Shown here piece by piece: positions 58,561 through 64,000 of a stretch of DNA of 64,000 nucleotides. Under the pieces are notes generated by a model that did not search any database, was not told where the DNA came from, and was given only the letters and a program-made list of their open reading frames with translations. The stretch is from assembly GCF_009914755.1 (NCBI RefSeq), contig NC_060931.1. One strand, written 5' to 3'. Every line of letters starts with the position of its first letter. Positions within the stretch are counted from its first letter, which is position 1. The position numbers and the translations under genes were made by a program. The stretch comes from the human T2T-CHM13v2.0 reference genome, Homo sapiens.

Positions 58561-59301
58561 CAAAAATACATGACAAAGCACACAAAATATGGAGTACATA
58601 AATTTTAAAAAGCATGGAATAGGACTAAAATACACAACACATAAGTCATATTTGACAGTGTGTCTGCATGCATGCAGAAACACATACACTCTGGCAATTT
58701 CTAATATGAAATCCTAGGCTGGCGCTTATGTACTATTTTTGCCACAGTACTATTTTTTAACCTGAAACATGTTTGTGTTTCTCATTCCAAAGAGACATTG
58801 GGGAGAGGACTCAGCCAACAATAAAAAATAAGCAAATAAGCATACGTCCCCCAACAACTTCTCTTATCTGTTTCTTGTAAGATACTTTAATATCAACAAA
58901 CGTGGTCATTTATGCCATCAACCAATGTTCAGTGGCAACATTTTCCGTGTTGTCTAAAGTCCAGTCAATAGCTGACTTCACGACCCCTCCTTATTGCTAA
59001 TGATTGAAGGACTGATGATATCACGTGCTCAGACTGACCTATGAATAGGGGGACTGGTGCCATTTTGTAGAAGCTCTAAAACTTAACTCAAAGAAATTAA
59101 AAGGAGTTGAGAAGGTTTCAGGGGCTCTAGCTTCATAAGTTAACTCAACATCTTTACGTCGCATCTGGACAACATCCCATTCTTGGTTGCACTACTCTCA
59201 CTCTGTGCAACAATGGCAAGAAGAGAACTGATTTCATCTTACCAAACCTATCTTAGCTAACAAATTAGGTGTTCCTGTCTTAATTTTATTTTTGGTTTAA
59301 T

Positions 59302-59489
59302 GCGGTGATTCTCGAACTTTAGCCTGCATCAGAATCATCTAGGTGGGTTGTTAAAACAGATTACTGTTTACTACCCTAAGAGTTTCTGACTCAGTAGGCC
59401 TGGGATGGGGCCTAAGAATTTGCATTTCCAACAAGGTATTGGGTGATGCTGATACTACTGGTTCCAGGACCACACTTTGAGAACCACTG
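59302..59489. mobile_element. MER5A (hAT-Charlie MITE)
   Basis: GCATCAGAATCA...GAATTTGCATTT...CACACTTTGAGAACCACTG, about 188 bp. Confidence 0.85.
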
Positions 59490-59959
59490 GCTTAAAGTAA
59501 TAAATCTCTAAATTATGTTACAGATATTTGGGGATGTTGCTTTTTCCTTTGGAAAACCTACAAAGAAGAAAAAAATGAATCCAAATGGTCTGGAGGAGAA
59601 AGAATATATACAATATTTAGATAATGAAATGTCTTGCAGAAGCTGGCAGGAGTTAGAAAAAGCCAACACGTCTGCCCAGAGATCTCACTAGATAAAGACC
59701 AAGAGCATTACAAGCACATGGCAGTGAGGAACGAAGCCAGGGTAGGAAGTTACACTGCTTTATGTTCAGCAAATTTCTCTTTCCACAATTGTATGTTGCT
59801 CCATCCTCCTATTTCTGCTTTTGTGAGTGTTCACATGTGGCACAATTATAATCAGCATTTTTAGCACAAACAATAACTTTATTCAGAAGGCAATGAGAAA
59901 TTGCCTGTTCACAGGAAATTGCATGTTCACAAATGTAAACTTTTAGCTGACAGTATTAG

Positions 59960-60660
<701 letters not shown>

Positions 60661-61110
60661 ATAATCCTCTCTTTTTAGTGGAATTAACTCTTCCAAAAAT
60701 TATGAGTTATGAAAAGGCCATTGCACACCTCACACCCTAAACATCTTTCCCATGGTCATGGACTTAACATATAGTCTATGCTCATGAAAAGGAAGTAGGG
60801 ACACTGTAATAAAACCAGAATGGAGTACAAACTATCCAATAAAATGGAGCTTTGTTTCAATCCAAAAATGATATTCATTTATATCTACCATTTACATTTA
60901 AAAATACTAATGATGTATCTCTTAAAATAGCATTATTATCTTTTTTATCTCTTCCCCCAGGCTTGTGCCTGGACAAAAGAAAACCAAATTCACTTGCTGC
61001 TGGTGACCACAGAGCATGGAAGAAGGTGTCCCCACAACAGCTGGCTTCACAGCAGTCCATTCTCCTTTAAGAACTAGTGTAAAGACATAGTTCAGTTAGT
61101 ATCTACTTAC

Positions 61111-61206
61111 AGCATTCCACAGTGAGTTTAGTTGTGTCATCAACATCCAGGCATGATTAACTTGACCACATATTATCACATCTTTTAAACTGAGGTAGAA
61201 GAAAAT
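61111..61206 (-). CDS. FBXL13: FBXL13 coding exon (96 nt, phase 0-0), C-terminal part of the F-box: IFFYLSLKDVIICGQVNHAWMLMTQLNSLWNA
   Basis: Translated by hand (absent from the ORF track). AG acceptor at 61208-61207 and GTAAGT donor from 61110. F-box-like pattern; joins the next exon in frame. Confidence 0.93.
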
Positions 61207-61972
61207 CTAAACACAAAGAAAAATACACAACTTTGAAAAATGTGAACTTTGATGTAACTTGTCCACTTACCTTTTGTCTGTGTGTGTGCACACATGTGCG
61301 TGCACACACACACGCATTAGTAATAATAAGGTAATCCATACTTTGCAAATAGCAAGAGTTTAAGTGCTAGAATTTTATCTGAAGATAGGAGTTTTATCTA
61401 AAGTACTGGAACTTACCTGCTGACTCCTTTTATATAATGTAATCCTTTTAATTGATAGTGGCAGAAGGATGGTGAGAAAGATAAGCATATTTGCTTTATT
61501 TTTTGAATGAAGATAGAATTCTGCTAGAAAACTAATGATTTCCATAAATAGTCATTGGTACATAGAAGGCAATCAATACTGTCTGCTGAACTAAACTACA
61601 TTCCTTCTAAAGATATAGGATTCCTCAGAGAAGAAAAAAAAGGATTTCTGGGAAAGAGCAATAAACACATTTTGGCTTCTACTTCTGGAAATGTGGTAGA
61701 CCAAAAAATCAGGAAATCCTGCTGGTACAAAACATCAGTAAATGCTAAAAGAAACATTTTTTAAAAACATAATTCAGTTGTCAAGAAAGTAAAACAAATA
61801 TGCAAGGACCCAATCCTTATAAACCCAGACTGATAATAAGGTGCTTCATGCTATAGTTGCTTGGGAGGGAGGAACAATAAAGATGGTTGCTGCTTTTCAT
61901 AATAAAATGGGTTCAGATTTTACTGGCCATGCAGAGACATAAGAAAGTCACCAGGCCTGTACAAAGCTGGTA

Positions 61973-62557
61973 CAGTCATGCTCTGCATAATGATATTTCA
62001 GTCAATGATGGGATGCATGTATGACAGCAGTCCCATAAGATTATAATGGAGCTGAAAAATTTCTATTGTCTAGTGACATCATAGCCATTGTAATATCATA
62101 GCACAAGTACTTAATTTTTAAATAAATTTAGTGTAACCTAAGTGTACACTGTTTATAGTGTAGTACTCTATCTGTAGTTGTGTACAGTAATATCCTAGGC
62201 CTTCACATTCACTCAACACTCACTCACTGACTCATTCAGAGCAACTTCTAGTCCTCCATTGATAAGTGCCCTATATAGGTGTGCCAATTTTAATTTTTTT
62301 ACCATATTTTTACTGTACATTTTCTATGTTTAAATATATACTTATCATTGTGCTACAATTACCTACAATATTTAGTACAGTAACATGCTGTACAGGCCTG
62401 TAGTCTAGGAGTAATAGGCTATACCATACAACCCAAGTGTGTACTGGATTATACCATCTAGGTTTGTGTAGCACTCTATGATGTTCACACAATGACAAAA
62501 ATCACCTAATGACACACTTCTCAAAAGGTATCCCCATCATTAAGCAATGCGTGACTG
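61973..62557. mobile_element. Tigger3/Golem-type TcMar DNA transposon, 585 bp
   Basis: TIRs CAGTCATGC... / ...GCGTGACTG flanked by TA target duplications. Confidence 0.85.
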
Positions 62558-62628
62558 TAATTGAAACTGAGTCAGAAAAAAAAAAGAAAAGAGAGAGAGA
62601 GAGAAATCCAGGATTATGAAACAGAAAG

Positions 62629-63365
<737 letters not shown>

Positions 63366-63599
63366 TCTCTCAAAGAATTTGTAACCATATTGACCATTTT
63401 TGGTTTGGGTTAAACAGAAATAATAATAAATTCATTTTTTTTAAAAAAATGAATGAAAAGAAAAAAAGAGTTTGTAACCAAAGGCCAGCGATTATGTGTG
63501 TTGGGATTTAAATTTCATCATGCCTGGGATCCAATTTGAATTTGTTACCTTTGTAAATGGATTTGATATATTAATGTGCAAAGAGGTTCCACTGGTAAT

Positions 63600-64000
63600 A
63601 ACTCTGGGACATTTGGCAGAAATAAATATCATTCTCTCTAAAGAGACAGACACAGTCAAGCCAGGCCTTACAGGATACCCATGGATTAAGCCCTCCAAAA
63701 ACAAGCTCCCAATCAAAAACTGCAAAACACACGAGGAAAAGGAAGTCCAACAAGATTCAAAAGAAACCTTTAAAGTGATGAAGACATAAAAAGAAAAATA
63801 AAACTCTTGAGACAAATGTTGTCAAAACAGGACTGGGAAGATCTGTAAAAGAACCAAATAAAATCATGAAAATTAAAAATATAGTTATTGAAATTTAAAA
63901 CTCAGTGGGTGAGTTAAATAGCAGATGCGACTCAGCTAAGAAGAGAATCAACAAATGAATATGTACCTGAAGAAATTACACAGGATAAAATGTAGAGAAA
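63600..64000 (+). mobile_element. Old L1M 5'/ORF1 remnant
   Basis: A-rich; GAAATTTAAAACTCAGTGGGTGAGTTAAATAGCAGA is an ORF1-like motif. Confidence 0.55.

Noticed and set aside
58600-59280. Repeat-free stretch with CCAAT, E-box (CACGTG) and half X-box (GGCAAC) motifs
   Set aside because: Short motifs alone cannot support an enhancer call without conservation or chromatin data.
61265-61275. Strong minus-strand donor AAG|GTAAGT
   Set aside because: Only about 64 nt from the F-box exon acceptor, too short for a normal intron, and no good matching acceptor found.

Overview
Human (hominid) genomic DNA that I recognise from the translated exons as the FBXL13/LRRC17 locus (7q22). Five FBXL13 coding exons on the minus strand (61206-61111, 56760-56628, 24337-24285, 18777-18677, 5621-5492) have GT-AG boundaries. 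They splice in consistent phases into the end of the F-box and the first leucine-rich repeats. The secreted LRR-protein gene LRRC17 lies on the plus strand. Its coding exons are 27003-27771, 32518-32673 and 37297-37694 (440 aa on this haplotype). It also has a 53-nt stop-carrying cassette exon (35378-35430) and a probable non-coding first exon ending at 5551 that overlaps an FBXL13 coding exon in antisense, so the two genes appear interleaved. Most of the rest is interspersed repeats: about 36 Alus, several L1s, L2/MIR, LTR fragments and DNA transposons. Almost all ORFs in the supplied track are repeat-derived or spurious. I found no convincing wholly new gene system. The most interesting observations are the antisense exon overlap with a spliced uORF, the predicted NMD-escaping cassette exon, an orphan polyadenylated retrocopy with TSDs, repeated reuse of identical retrotransposon target sites, an L1 with an internal 5'UTR-ORF1 deletion and an unexplained exact 25-bp direct repeat. 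Repeat boundaries and subfamilies are by eye and approximate.
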